This document shows, piece by piece, positions 48,351 to 58,551 of a stretch of 64,000 nucleotides of DNA. Location: assembly GCA_050949315.1 (NCBI GenBank), contig JBMNFL010000001.1, positions 544,001 to 608,000 on the forward strand, read 5' to 3'. Made by a program: the position numbers and the translations under genes. A model generated the notes under the pieces. It ran no database searches. It saw only the letters and a list, made by a program, of their open reading frames with translations, and was not told the DNA's origin. The first letter of the stretch is position 1. Every line of letters begins with the position of its first letter. Source of the stretch: Bacilli bacterium (GTDB lineage Bacteria > Bacillota_I > Bacilli_A > RFN20 > UBA1709).

Positions 48351-48411
48351 TATACTTCTTTTTAAATAAAAATAAAAGCCCTGATCCATAATCAGAGCCG
48401 CTGTTTATAAG

Positions 48412-48487
48412 TGGTGACCGGTACGGGATTCGAACCCGTGAATGTATGCGTGAAAGGCATATGAGTTAACCTTTTCTCCAACCGGCC
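48412..48487 (-). tRNA. tRNA-Glu (TTC)
   Basis: GGCCGGT...CTTTCAC...GGTTCGAATCC...ACCGGTCACCA. Confidence 0.97.
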
Positions 48488-48500
48488 AGTGTTTTGATAG

Positions 48501-48591
48501 TGGCGGAGTAGGTGAGACTCGAACTCACGCGCCAGTTTCCCGACCTATATCCTTAGCAGGGATACCTCTTCACCAACTTGAGTACTACTCC
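48501..48591 (-). tRNA. tRNA-Ser (GCT)
   Basis: GGAGTAG...CTGCTAA, long variable arm, ...CTACTCCGCCA. Confidence 0.97.
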
Positions 48592-48653
48592 AAACCGTGC
48601 GTTAAAATCATACCATAATAACAACTTTGATAGCAACTACTTTTTATCCCTTA

Positions 48654-48680
48654 AAAAGACAGCTTTTATAGCTGTCTCTT
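48654..48680 (-). terminator. Terminator after polC
   Basis: AGACAGCT..AGCTGTCT stem plus T tract. Confidence 0.7.
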
Positions 48681-51600
48681 CTAGAAAAGCTTAAAACTTA
48701 ACTGATTTTCTTCCTCAAGTTCATCTAAGACATGCAGCTCTTCTAAGGCCCTAATTTGGGTATTATTGATTTGGGTTCTATTCAAAAGATCTTGTTTAGA
48801 AAGGAAGGGTTTTTCCTCTCTTGCCCTAACAAAAGACTCCGCCGCCGTCTGCCCTAATCCATCGATCACACACATTGGGGGAATCAAACACCCTCGCTCA
48901 TGATCAACAACAAAATTCTTAGCTTGAGACTTAGTTAAAGAAAGGTTATCAAAACTATAACCACGGGCCGTCATCTCTAAAGCCACTTCTAAAACCTCAA
49001 CTAAATCTTGATCTTTCTGCGTTAAATCACGACTACGCTCTTTAATCATCACCTTAATCTTAGTCAAGCGATCATAAATCGCTTCCTTGCCGGCAATCAT
49101 GGCCTTGATATCAAAAACATTACAACGCAAACTAAAATAAGTCGCATAAAAATCTAGAGGTTTATAAATCTTAAACCAAGCGATTCTTAAACCCATAATA
49201 ACATAGGCGACCGCGTGAGCCTTAGGGAACATATAAGCGATCTTTTTACAAGAGATAATGTACCATTTAGGAACACCGTGTTTTATCATTTCCACTTCCA
49301 TCTCTTGACTTAAGCCACGGCCTTTACGCACCTTTTCCATAATGTCAAAGGCCATTTTTCTTTCTAAACCCATCTGAACAAGATAGGTCATAATATCATC
49401 ACGACAACCCACCACATCCATTAAAGAACAGACACGGTTTCTAATTAAATCCTGAGCATTGCCTAACCAAACATCAGTACCATGAGTTAAACCAGAAATT
49501 TGAACTAACTCTGAGAATTTGGTAGGTTTGGCATCTTCTAAAACACCTTTGACAAAGGGTGTTCCAAATTCAGGTATACCCGCTGTCCCAAGATTATTTT
49601 GGATATCAAAGGCGGTCACTCCTAATTCACTAATGCCCGTAAACAAAGATAAAACCCTTTTATCATTCATCGGTACCTCTTCAGGATTAACCCCTGTTAA
49701 ATCTTGAAGCATCCTTAAGGCTGAGGGATCCACATGCCCCAAAATATCTAGTTTTAAAATTTCCTCATGCAGGTTTTTAAATTTAAAATGGGTGGTCTTC
49801 CACTCCGCATCCACTTCATCGGCGGGATATTGAACAGGTGTAAAATCATGGACATCCATGCCTAAAGGCACCACAATAATGCCGGCAGGATGTTGACCGG
49901 TGGTCCTTTTAACATCCATACAACCCTTAGCTAGACGAGATAACTCGGCTTCTCTAAAGGTATTGCGATTAATGCTTTCAAAGTAATTACGGACATAACC
50001 TTTAGCCGTCTTATCGGCCACAGTAGAAATAGTCCCAGCCCTAAAAACATTATTCTCGCCTAACAAAACTTTAGTATAGTTGTGGGCTTCCGCCTGATAT
50101 TCGGTCGCAAAGTTTAAATCAATATCCGGAACCTTATCACCGGTGATACCTAAGAAGGTTTCAAAGGGAATATTCTGACCATTAGAATTCATAATGGTCC
50201 CACATTTAGGACAGGCCTTGTCTTCTAAGTCAAAACCACTTTTAACTGAACCATCAGTAAAAAACTCTACATGATGGCAACTTGGGCATAGATAATGTGG
50301 TGGCAAAGGATCAACCTCAGAAATGCCGGTTAAAGAGGCCACAAGTGAAGAGCCAACCGAACCACGTGAACCAACTAAATAACCATCTTCACGGGACTTT
50401 TGAACTAAACGGTAGGCAAGATAATAAATTACCCCATAACCATATTGACGTAACTTATCTAATTCCATATTTAAACGCTCAACCACTAACTTGGGTGGAT
50501 TGGGACCATAAAGCTCATGCATTCTGGCAAAACAGAGTTTTTCAATTTCCGCCTGGGCATCAACATTAGGAATAGATGGCGTATATAATTTATCCTTAAC
50601 CGGTTCAACTTCTTCAATTAAATCGGCAATTAAATTAGTATTGGTGATAACTAACTCTCTTTGCAATTTGGGATCATCTAAAAAATCAATGGCCGCAATC
50701 ATCTCTAAGGTGCTTCTAAAATGCTGATCGGGATTTTCTTTGACCCGCTGTTGATAATCATAAAGGGGATGGCGTTTAAGGCCAACCGCTAAGGCATTGA
50801 TATAGACATCACGATAAATCTTATCGCGGGGATGCAAATAATGGCAATCACCTGTGGCGACAACAAGCTTACCAAGCTCCTTACCCGCCCTTACAATATC
50901 CTTTAAAATACTAATCAAACGCTCCTCGCTTAGTATCCGCTTAGTATCTAAAAGCCAGGAATAGTTGGCAAGTGGTTGAATTTCAATATAGTCGAAAAAC
51001 TCCATAGTTTTTTTCAATTCTTCATAACTTCTTGTCTGAGCGATTTCAAAGACCTCACCATTAAAACAAGCCGAGCCAATTAAAAGCCCTTCTCTAAATT
51101 CGGCTATCCTTCTTTTAGGGATAATAGGAAGCGAAGAAGACATGTATTCAATGTTAGACATACTGACCATTTTAAAGAGATTCTTTAAGCCCTTTTTATT
51201 CTTAACAAGAAAAGTCATATGATAGGGATGGGCTGATTTATAAAGATCAGGCTGACTGAGATTGTTTAAATCCACATGATGTTTTAAGCCTCTTTCTAAG
51301 CACTTACTCAACAAAATCTCATAGACATCGGCTAAAACTCCGGCATCATAATCGGCCCGGTGGGCGATTTCTTCATTGTAATTGATATTAACATAGCGAG
51401 CGACACTGCCAAGGCTGTAACGCTTTAAATCAGGAAAGAGTCCTCTTGCTAAATCTAGGGTATCAATAACCGGATTGGTTAAGGTTCCTAAACCAGCAGC
51501 TTGCAAGGCCTGATTTAAAAAACCACAGTCAAAGTTCGCGTTATGGGCCACTAGAATGCTATCTCCAAAAAAGCGCATAATGCGCGGTAAACATTGTAAA

Positions 51601-52976
51601 ATCGTTTGAGCACCAACTAACATATCATCCTTAATATTTGTTTTCTCAATAATGTAGGGATCAAGTTTACGTAAGGGATTAACAAATAATTGCAAATGAT
51701 CAATGACAATCCCGTTTTCTACCTTAACCGCCCCAAACTCAATAATCGCATCGTAATGGGTGGATAAGCCGGTTGTCTCTAAGTCAAAAACGACATAACT
51801 AGCGTGTTCTAATTCCTTCACACTGGGATTGATGGCTGGCGTTAAACTATCATCAACGACATAGCCTTCCATACCATAGATAACCTTTATGTCCTTATCC
51901 TTAGCGGCCATCTGAGCCGCTGGGAAGTTTTGAATATTACCGTGATCAGTAATGGCAATAGCCTTATGTCCCCACTTTAAGGCTTGTTCAATATAGGCTT
52001 CGGCTGAAGGGATACCATCCATGGCTGACATGTTGGTATGTAAATGCAGTTCTACCCGCTTTTCTTCAGCCTCATCGCGCCGCTCATCATCAATAATAAC
52101 TTTCTCAACTGAGCGGGGATCAAAAACCCAATCACGGACATATTGGTCATAAATCATACCGCCCTTACAATCAACATAGTCGCCAATTTCTAAACTCTCA
52201 ATAAAGGTTAGCGAAAACTTAGAACTCTCTTTTAATTTAAACATTACCGAATCCGTATCATCGGTAACATAAAAAGAATAAATCACCTTATCATTCCGTA
52301 ATCTAATCTTCTCAATATTAAAGATCCGTGCCAAAAACTCAACGGCAGTATCATCATTGTTTAAGTCCGCTAATTTAATCTTCTCATAGCCTTTTTTAAC
52401 AAAATTAAGGTTGGGTTTAGTTTCTTCAACAATAATTCTTTCAGAGCCAGCTGATCTAATCTGCCCTAATTGATCGCTGATCATATTTTGGATCTCATGA
52501 TCGCTAATCGTTTCAACATTAATCTTAAAGGGATAATCAATACCCACTTGTTGGAACTTCTCCATTAACTTAGGCTTTAGATGAAGAAGGCTACGCTCCA
52601 AAGGTTCTGAATTTAAATTAAAAACTAGCTGCCCCTCTTCTAAAAGGATTTTAATCTTCTTTAGATTGCTAACAAAGGAAACCTGATCAAAGTATTTATC
52701 CAAGAAATAAGAATAATAGATATTGACCATTAACTCATCCGCTGGATGACGTAATTTAAAATTCAAAGACTTAATCTCGGGCCAATTCTCCTGCATGGCT
52801 TTTAAAAAAGCCTCATAAATCCTTAAATCTAAAATGTAATCTAAATTGATAACCACCTTAAAAATCTGGGATTTATTTTTATATTTAGCCCTCTCAATAC
52901 TCGCAGTTTCAAAGGGCGGATAATATTTTGAATCTAATTTGATATGTTTCAAAAAATTTAATAACTCTTTTTGCAT
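48681..52976 (-). CDS. polC: DNA polymerase III PolC-type
   Basis: RVELHLHTNMS (PHP), VFDLETTG (exonuclease), GSRGSVGSS, VPDIDLNF. Confidence 0.98.
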   Translation of the reverse strand: MQKELLNFLKHIKLDSKYYPPFETASIERAKYKNKSQIFKVVINLDYILDLRIYEAFLKAMQENWPEIKSLNFKLRHPADELMVNIYYSYFLDKYFDQVSFVSNLKKIKILLEEGQLVFNLNSEPLERSLLHLKPKLMEKFQQVGIDYPFKINVETISDHEIQNMISDQLGQIRSAGSERIIVEETKPNLNFVKKGYEKIKLADLNNDDTAVEFLARIFNIEKIRLRNDKVIYSFYVTDDTDSVMFKLKESSKFSLTFIESLEIGDYVDCKGGMIYDQYVRDWVFDPRSVEKVIIDDERRDEAEEKRVELHLHTNMSAMDGIPSAEAYIEQALKWGHKAIAITDHGNIQNFPAAQMAAKDKDIKVIYGMEGYVVDDSLTPAINPSVKELEHASYVVFDLETTGLSTHYDAIIEFGAVKVENGIVIDHLQLFVNPLRKLDPYIIEKTNIKDDMLVGAQTILQCLPRIMRFFGDSILVAHNANFDCGFLNQALQAAGLGTLTNPVIDTLDLARGLFPDLKRYSLGSVARYVNINYNEEIAHRADYDAGVLADVYEILLSKCLERGLKHHVDLNNLSQPDLYKSAHPYHMTFLVKNKKGLKNLFKMVSMSNIEYMSSSLPIIPKRRIAEFREGLLIGSACFNGEVFEIAQTRSYEELKKTMEFFDYIEIQPLANYSWLLDTKRILSEERLISILKDIVRAGKELGKLVVATGDCHYLHPRDKIYRDVYINALAVGLKRHPLYDYQQRVKENPDQHFRSTLEMIAAIDFLDDPKLQRELVITNTNLIADLIEEVEPVKDKLYTPSIPNVDAQAEIEKLCFARMHELYGPNPPKLVVERLNMELDKLRQYGYGVIYYLAYRLVQKSREDGYLVGSRGSVGSSLVASLTGISEVDPLPPHYLCPSCHHVEFFTDGSVKSGFDLEDKACPKCGTIMNSNGQNIPFETFLGITGDKVPDIDLNFATEYQAEAHNYTKVLLGENNVFRAGTISTVADKTAKGYVRNYFESINRNTFREAELSRLAKGCMDVKRTTGQHPAGIIVVPLGMDVHDFTPVQYPADEVDAEWKTTHFKFKNLHEEILKLDILGHVDPSALRMLQDLTGVNPEEVPMNDKRVLSLFTGISELGVTAFDIQNNLGTAGIPEFGTPFVKGVLEDAKPTKFSELVQISGLTHGTDVWLGNAQDLIRNRVCSLMDVVGCRDDIMTYLVQMGLERKMAFDIMEKVRKGRGLSQEMEVEMIKHGVPKWYIISCKKIAYMFPKAHAVAYVIMGLRIAWFKIYKPLDFYATYFSLRCNVFDIKAMIAGKEAIYDRLTKIKVMIKERSRDLTQKDQDLVEVLEVALEMTARGYSFDNLSLTKSQAKNFVVDHERGCLIPPMCVIDGLGQTAAESFVRAREEKPFLSKQDLLNRTQINNTQIRALEELHVLDELEEENQLSFKLF

Positions 52977-53052
52977 ATCTTTTCACACCCCCAACATAGT
53001 TTATTATAACTAGAGCCGGCAAATAAAGAAAGGTTAACCTTCCCTCTTTTAA

Positions 53053-54300
53053 TCATCTTATTGGAAAGAAAATGTCTTTAAAAGTAACCACCAGCATAAA
53101 GCCCATCAATAGCAGAAAGCCGATAGCATTGAGAACACCTTCAAATTTGGGATTGACCCTTCTTCTTATCACCATTTCTACTAAGGTGATAATAATCTTC
53201 CCACCATCTAAGGCTGGGAAAGGCAAAAGATTCATAATACCCAAGTTAACACTGATCATGGCGATAAAGAAAAGATAATACATAAAACCAATATCCATAT
53301 AAGTTGTAGCGATACTATACATACCAACTGGCCCGGCCACCGAACTAAAACCTTCACGACTAAATAAATTACCTAAGGCCTTATAGATAGCACTAGCCAT
53401 AGCAACTTCCGTCTTCCCCGCTTTAACAAAGGCCTTCCCTGCATCCATGGTCGCACCATGACAACTAAGACCCAAACTTTCTAAATCAATATAACTACTA
53501 CTATCAATAGCTTTCTTATCCTCATTTAGTTTAATGGTGTAAGGCTGAACAATAGAGACTCTATCATTATCTTCGGTAACCAAGCGAATTTCTAAATTAA
53601 CCGGATTAGGATAAGTATCTAAATTAGGATCTTTAGTCTTCATCCAATCATATAAATAGTTATAAGCTGCTTGATTGACACTTGATAAATGCCGATAATT
53701 ATCGACATCTTCACGATAAGCTCCAGTTAAGAAGTTCTCCTTAATACATTCACCATCATAAAAAAGCACATAAATATCTCTAATCTCATCATCACTTCTA
53801 AGCCCACTATTATAAGCCACTGAATTCTCCACTACATTTACTTTAGCGATTGGCGTTGAAACATAAAAGACCAACATCAAAACAAAGCAAAGAATAATAT
53901 TGAAAAGAGGACCGGCAAACATAATCAGAAGCTTCTTCCAGTTCTTAATTCCTAGTAAGGTCCGCTCAAAAGGAACCTCTGGTAACTCTTCTTCTTTCTT
54001 ACGTGGTCTTACTTCTTCCTCATTTAACTCAGTAACCTCACTTATATCTTCTTCAAGTTCTTCTTTTTCATTGCGGCTAGCCTGAGTATCATTTTCCCCC
54101 GCCATCGAAACATAACCGCCTATTGGCAGTAAACGAAGACTATACTTTGTTTCCCCAATCTTCTTCTGGGCGATTTTAGGTCCCATAAAAATAGAGAATT
54201 CATAGACATAAACTTTAAAAAGTTTAGCAAACAAAAAATGCCCAAACTCATGAAAAAAGATTAAAAACGATAATCCTAAAATAAAATATAGAATTTTCAT
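53053..54300 (-). CDS. rseP: RIP metalloprotease RseP
   Basis: HEFGH, PIGGYV, AGP..N, NLLPFPALDGG. Confidence 0.94.
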   Translation of the reverse strand: MKILYFILGLSFLIFFHEFGHFLFAKLFKVYVYEFSIFMGPKIAQKKIGETKYSLRLLPIGGYVSMAGENDTQASRNEKEELEEDISEVTELNEEEVRPRKKEEELPEVPFERTLLGIKNWKKLLIMFAGPLFNIILCFVLMLVFYVSTPIAKVNVVENSVAYNSGLRSDDEIRDIYVLFYDGECIKENFLTGAYREDVDNYRHLSSVNQAAYNYLYDWMKTKDPNLDTYPNPVNLEIRLVTEDNDRVSIVQPYTIKLNEDKKAIDSSSYIDLESLGLSCHGATMDAGKAFVKAGKTEVAMASAIYKALGNLFSREGFSSVAGPVGMYSIATTYMDIGFMYYLFFIAMISVNLGIMNLLPFPALDGGKIIITLVEMVIRRRVNPKFEGVLNAIGFLLLMGFMLVVTFKDIFFPIR

Positions 54301-54302
54301 AA

Positions 54303-55451
54303 CTACTCTCCTTTCATTTGTTCAATAATTTCCCAAGCCTGTTTTTTACATTCTTCAATAACTAACATCAGGCTTTCATAACTATCAACTGGACGATTCT
54401 TTGTCGTCTTAACTACTTTTTCTATTACTTCTACGATTTGATAAAAAGCTAATTTATCTTCTAAGAAGGCCTTAACGGCAACTTCATTGGCTACACTATA
54501 AACACAGGGCATAATACCCCCCATCTTGCCTACCTTATAGGCTAAGGCTACAGCCTTAAAGCGTTTTTGATCAATCGGCCTAAAGTGCAGACTAAAAGCC
54601 TCATCAAAGGATAAGCGTTGATCTTCTTTAACCAAACGTTCACCAAGGTTTAGGGCATACTGTATAGGTATTTCCATAGAAGGAACCCCAAGTTGCGCTT
54701 TGATGGAGCCATCAATAAATTCAACCATAGAATGAATAATACTCTCATAATGCATCACAGCTGCAATCTTTTCATAGGGCATATCAAAGAGAACATGGGC
54801 TTCGATAATCTCTAAACCCTTATTGACTAAAGTGGCACTATCAATGGTAATCTTAGGCCCCATCTGCCAGGTTGGATGCTTTAAAGCCTCCTTTTTAGTT
54901 ACCCTTTTTAAATCCTCTAATGAATAATCACGGAAGGGTCCACCTGAAGCAGTGATAATTAGACGTTTAACCGCTTTCTTATCTTCACCCACCAAACACT
55001 GGTAAATCGCACTGTGTTCACTATCAATCGGCATTAATTTAACGGGATGTTTCTTAAGTTCTTTTCTTAATAAATTGCCCCCACAAACTAGGGCTTCCTT
55101 ATTAGCGATTGCTAAATCCTTATTAGCCTTTATGGCTTCTAGACTCGGCCTTAAGCCTATATAACCGCTAAGCGCGTTGACGATGATATCGGCTTCCTTA
55201 TAACTTGCAAGTTTTGCTAAGCCCTCTTCACCACTACAAACGATAGGAACTTGAAACTTCTCTTCATCTTCTTTCTTACCAACACAAACCGCTTTTAAAG
55301 ATGGGTGCTTCTTAATAAGGCTTTCTAAAAAAGAAAGCCGCGAATTAACGCTAGCTCCAACTAGACAAAATAGCTGGGGATTGTCTTCAATCACCTTGAC
55401 TGTTTGCTGACCAATCGAGCCACTAACACCTAAAATAACCACGCGTTTCAT
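54303..55451 (-). CDS. dxr: 1-deoxy-D-xylulose-5-phosphate reductoisomerase
   Basis: LGVSGSIG, ANKE, PIDSEHSAI, HPTWQMGPKITIDSAT. Confidence 0.97.
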   Translation of the reverse strand: MKRVVILGVSGSIGQQTVKVIEDNPQLFCLVGASVNSRLSFLESLIKKHPSLKAVCVGKKEDEEKFQVPIVCSGEEGLAKLASYKEADIIVNALSGYIGLRPSLEAIKANKDLAIANKEALVCGGNLLRKELKKHPVKLMPIDSEHSAIYQCLVGEDKKAVKRLIITASGGPFRDYSLEDLKRVTKKEALKHPTWQMGPKITIDSATLVNKGLEIIEAHVLFDMPYEKIAAVMHYESIIHSMVEFIDGSIKAQLGVPSMEIPIQYALNLGERLVKEDQRLSFDEAFSLHFRPIDQKRFKAVALAYKVGKMGGIMPCVYSVANEVAVKAFLEDKLAFYQIVEVIEKVVKTTKNRPVDSYESLMLVIEECKKQAWEIIEQMKGE

Positions 55452-56299
55452 TAGGAAAAGGCCCCCATGCTAACAAAGCCATAAACGGCAATAAAAATTA
55501 AAATATTAAAAAGTAAACTATCAATACGATCTAAGATCCCCCCATGTCCTGGTAGAAGAGTTCCAAAATCCTTTAATTGTAACTGCCGTTTAATAGATGA
55601 GAAAATCAAATCGCCACAAACTGCCCCAATGGCTAGAATTAAGGAAAAAATAGGAATCAACCAAAAATAGGTGTCCGTAAAGGGGAAGATAAGAAAGAAG
55701 ATAAAACCTAGAATAGTGGTGATGCCAACACCGCCAATAACCCCTTCCCAAGTCTTCTTAGGAGAAGTTATTGGGGCAAATTGGTGTTTACCAAAAAAGC
55801 GCCCTGTTAAAAAGGCAAAGGTATCACAACAATAGGTGCAGAAAACAACATAGGCCAAAACATTAAGCCCTAATTCTTGTCTAATCATAATAAGACCCTG
55901 ACCTGCTAAACAGATAAAAAAGGTCATGGTAAAGAGATAATAAACGTCATTCATCATAAACTTTTTAGTACTGACCTCAACCGTTAATAAACCGATTAAA
56001 AAGGCAGCGATAGCGATAACGTTAACCCGAATTTGATAAGGATTGGGAATAGTAAAAAGTTCAGCGGTTTGGTCAATATAACACATGATAAACCACCAAA
56101 AAAGCATCATTAAGGCCCCTAGCATGGTCACAATATAGACAGCAGGATTCCAATTACGATTTTTGCCGGTCCTTAGAATTTCAATAACTCCTCCAATACA
56201 GCCAAAAGTAACTAGACCAACAGTCCACCAACCGCCTAAATAAATTAAGGGGACAGCAATGGCAATGAGAATGATTGCCGTTATAACTCTTTTTTTCAT
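55451..56299 (-). CDS. cdsA: Phosphatidate cytidylyltransferase
   Basis: DTFAFLTG, SPKKTWEG, KDFG.LLPGHGGILDRIDS. Confidence 0.96.
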   Translation of the reverse strand: MKKRVITAIILIAIAVPLIYLGGWWTVGLVTFGCIGGVIEILRTGKNRNWNPAVYIVTMLGALMMLFWWFIMCYIDQTAELFTIPNPYQIRVNVIAIAAFLIGLLTVEVSTKKFMMNDVYYLFTMTFFICLAGQGLIMIRQELGLNVLAYVVFCTYCCDTFAFLTGRFFGKHQFAPITSPKKTWEGVIGGVGITTILGFIFFLIFPFTDTYFWLIPIFSLILAIGAVCGDLIFSSIKRQLQLKDFGTLLPGHGGILDRIDSLLFNILIFIAVYGFVSMGAFS

Positions 56300-56311
56300 A
56301 GCTCCTTTGAT

Positions 56312-56860
56312 TTAAATCGTCATTAATTCTTTTTCTTTAACTTTTGCTAGTTCATCAATTTTTTTAATAAACTCGTCTGTTTTCTTTTGAACTTCGCTTT
56401 CTAGATGCCGCTGGCGATCTTCAGACAAACTTTTGTCCTTCTTTAAACTATCATTGGCACTGCGGCGAATGTTACGAATTGAAACTTTGGCATTTTCAGA
56501 ATATTTGCCTAAAAGTTTAACATATTCTTTTCTTCTTTCTTCTGAAAGAGCGGGAATATTTAAGCGAATGACCGTACCATCATTATTAGGTACTAAACCA
56601 ATATTCGCGCTTTGAATTGCCTTTTCAATTGCTTTTAAAGTCTCTTTTTCATAAGGCTTAATCATAATCTGCTGGGGCTCAGGAATCGTAACCGAAGCCA
56701 CTTCACGTAAGGGCGTTGGGAAACCATAATACTCTACCCTTACTAAATCTAAAATGGAAACATTGGCACGTCCAGTCCTAATTGTCGCAATGTCTTTAGT
56801 AAACGATTCAACGGACTTTTGCATGCTCATTCCTAAATCTTCAATAAATTGTTCGGCCAT
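56312..56860 (-). CDS. frr: Ribosome recycling factor
   Basis: IRTGRAN, YYG.PTPL, LSEERRKE; ATG 56860 after AAGGAG. Confidence 0.97.
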   Translation of the reverse strand: MAEQFIEDLGMSMQKSVESFTKDIATIRTGRANVSILDLVRVEYYGFPTPLREVASVTIPEPQQIMIKPYEKETLKAIEKAIQSANIGLVPNNDGTVIRLNIPALSEERRKEYVKLLGKYSENAKVSIRNIRRSANDSLKKDKSLSEDRQRHLESEVQKKTDEFIKKIDELAKVKEKELMTI

Positions 56861-56861
56861 T

Positions 56862-57581
56862 TTATTTCTCCTTTCCAATGTAGCTTCCCATCGTGCTACC
56901 ATTTACTACTTTAACAATGTTTTCTAAATTATTAACATTAAAAACCCTAATGGGAATTTGATGTTTCTTACAAAGAGCAATCGCCTCTAAATCTAGGGCT
57001 TTTAATTCTCTATCTAAAAATTCATCATAACTCAACTTGGCTAAAAACCGAGCCTTGGGATTGGTATCAGGATCGCTATCATAAACGCCCTCAACCCCAT
57101 CTTTACCTGCTAATATAATCTCGGCTTTGATATCTCTAGCCCGCATAGCAGCGGCGGTATCAGTTGAAAGAAAAGGCTTGCCAGTCCCGCCCCCAAAAAT
57201 CACCACATGACGTTCATCAATCAGGCGATTGGCCTTAGCAGCACTATATTTTTCAATAACACCTTTTATGGGTAAAGCACTCAGTGCCTCGGCTGGTACA
57301 CCCACACTTTTAAGCACATCTTTTAATACCAAGGAATTGATAATTGTAGCGGTCATTCCCATATAATCTGCACTTTCACGATCTAAACCAAAATCTTTGG
57401 CAACGCGTCCACGCCAAATATTTCCACCACCAATAACAATACCTAAATCGACTCCTTGTTGGTGGATCTTCTTAATAGTCAGCGCCAACTTCTTGAGGAT
57501 CTTGCTATCAAGAATGTCATTATCCTGACTACCTTTTAAGGCCGCTCCTGATATTTTTAATAGGACTCTTTGATAAGCCAT
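56862..57581 (-). CDS. pyrH: UMP kinase
   Basis: RVLLKISG, GGGNIWRG, ADYMGMTAT, STDTAAA; ATG 57581 after GGGAGG. Confidence 0.96.
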   Translation of the reverse strand: MAYQRVLLKISGAALKGSQDNDILDSKILKKLALTIKKIHQQGVDLGIVIGGGNIWRGRVAKDFGLDRESADYMGMTATIINSLVLKDVLKSVGVPAEALSALPIKGVIEKYSAAKANRLIDERHVVIFGGGTGKPFLSTDTAAAMRARDIKAEIILAGKDGVEGVYDSDPDTNPKARFLAKLSYDEFLDRELKALDLEAIALCKKHQIPIRVFNVNNLENIVKVVNGSTMGSYIGKEK

Positions 57582-57599
57582 AACTTGAGCCTCCCTTTG

Positions 57600-57626
57600 A
57601 AAAAATGGCACTTTGAAAGGTGCCAT
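57600..57626 (-). terminator. Terminator after tsf
   Basis: ATGGCAC..GTGCCAT stem plus T tract. Confidence 0.7.
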
Positions 57627-57639
57627 ATCTCAGATTTTT

Positions 57640-58527
57640 TTATTTGATTTGTGATAGAACCTCTTGGGCAAAATCATCTTCGCGCCGTTGCAAGCCTTCA
57701 CCAACGGCATAGCGAACAAAACCGACAACTGCACTGCCTTTATCAGCAACATACTTGCCAACCTTAAAAGTTGGTTCTTTAACAAAATCTTGTTCATTAA
57801 GACAGAGTTCAGCTAAGCTCTTACGGACTTTTCCTTCTAAGATTTTAACCAAAGCCTGCTCGGGCTTGTTAGCTAATTTAGGATCATTCTTAGCTGCCGC
57901 TAATTGAATGTGTTCTTCGTGTTCAACAACATCCTTTGGTATATCATTCATACTGACATAACTTGGTGATAAGGCGGCCACATGCATGGCTAAGTCGCGA
58001 GCAAGTTCTTCTTGATCTTGGCCTTCAACAACGGTGAGAGCCGCAATCTTGCCACCCATATGAACATAAGCGCCAAAACTCTCGCTATCTTTTTTATTTA
58101 CAACTTCAAAACGGCGGAAACTAATCTTTTCGCCAATAGTAAAGGTCGCATCTGTAATCACTTCTTGAAGCGTACCTGTTTCCATTTTAACTTTTAAAGC
58201 CTCTTCCATATTGGCTGGTTTAGCCGCTAGTACTGCGGCGGCCAAAGCCTTAACAAGCTTTTGAAACTTCTCGTTCTTGGCCACAAAATCAGTTTCAGAA
58301 TTAACCTCAATAACAACAGCCGTATTAGCAGCCACGGCGATTTCTGTTAAACCTTCAGCGGCAATACGACTCGCTTTCTTTGCGGCTTTAGCAATACCTT
58401 TTTCCCGCAACCAATCAGCCGCTTTATCAACATCACCATCACAGGCCACTAGTGCATTGCGACAATCAACAACACCAGCTCCCGTTGCTGCCCGTAATTC
58501 TTTAATATTTTCCATTGTAACAGCCAT
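57640..58527 (-). CDS. tsf: Elongation factor Ts
   Basis: KELRAATGAG..DC, EVNSETDFVA, AMHVAA. Confidence 0.98.
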   Translation of the reverse strand: MAVTMENIKELRAATGAGVVDCRNALVACDGDVDKAADWLREKGIAKAAKKASRIAAEGLTEIAVAANTAVVIEVNSETDFVAKNEKFQKLVKALAAAVLAAKPANMEEALKVKMETGTLQEVITDATFTIGEKISFRRFEVVNKKDSESFGAYVHMGGKIAALTVVEGQDQEELARDLAMHVAALSPSYVSMNDIPKDVVEHEEHIQLAAAKNDPKLANKPEQALVKILEGKVRKSLAELCLNEQDFVKEPTFKVGKYVADKGSAVVGFVRYAVGEGLQRREDDFAQEVLSQIK

Positions 58528-58551
58528 TTTCTTTTCCTCCTCTATGTCAAA

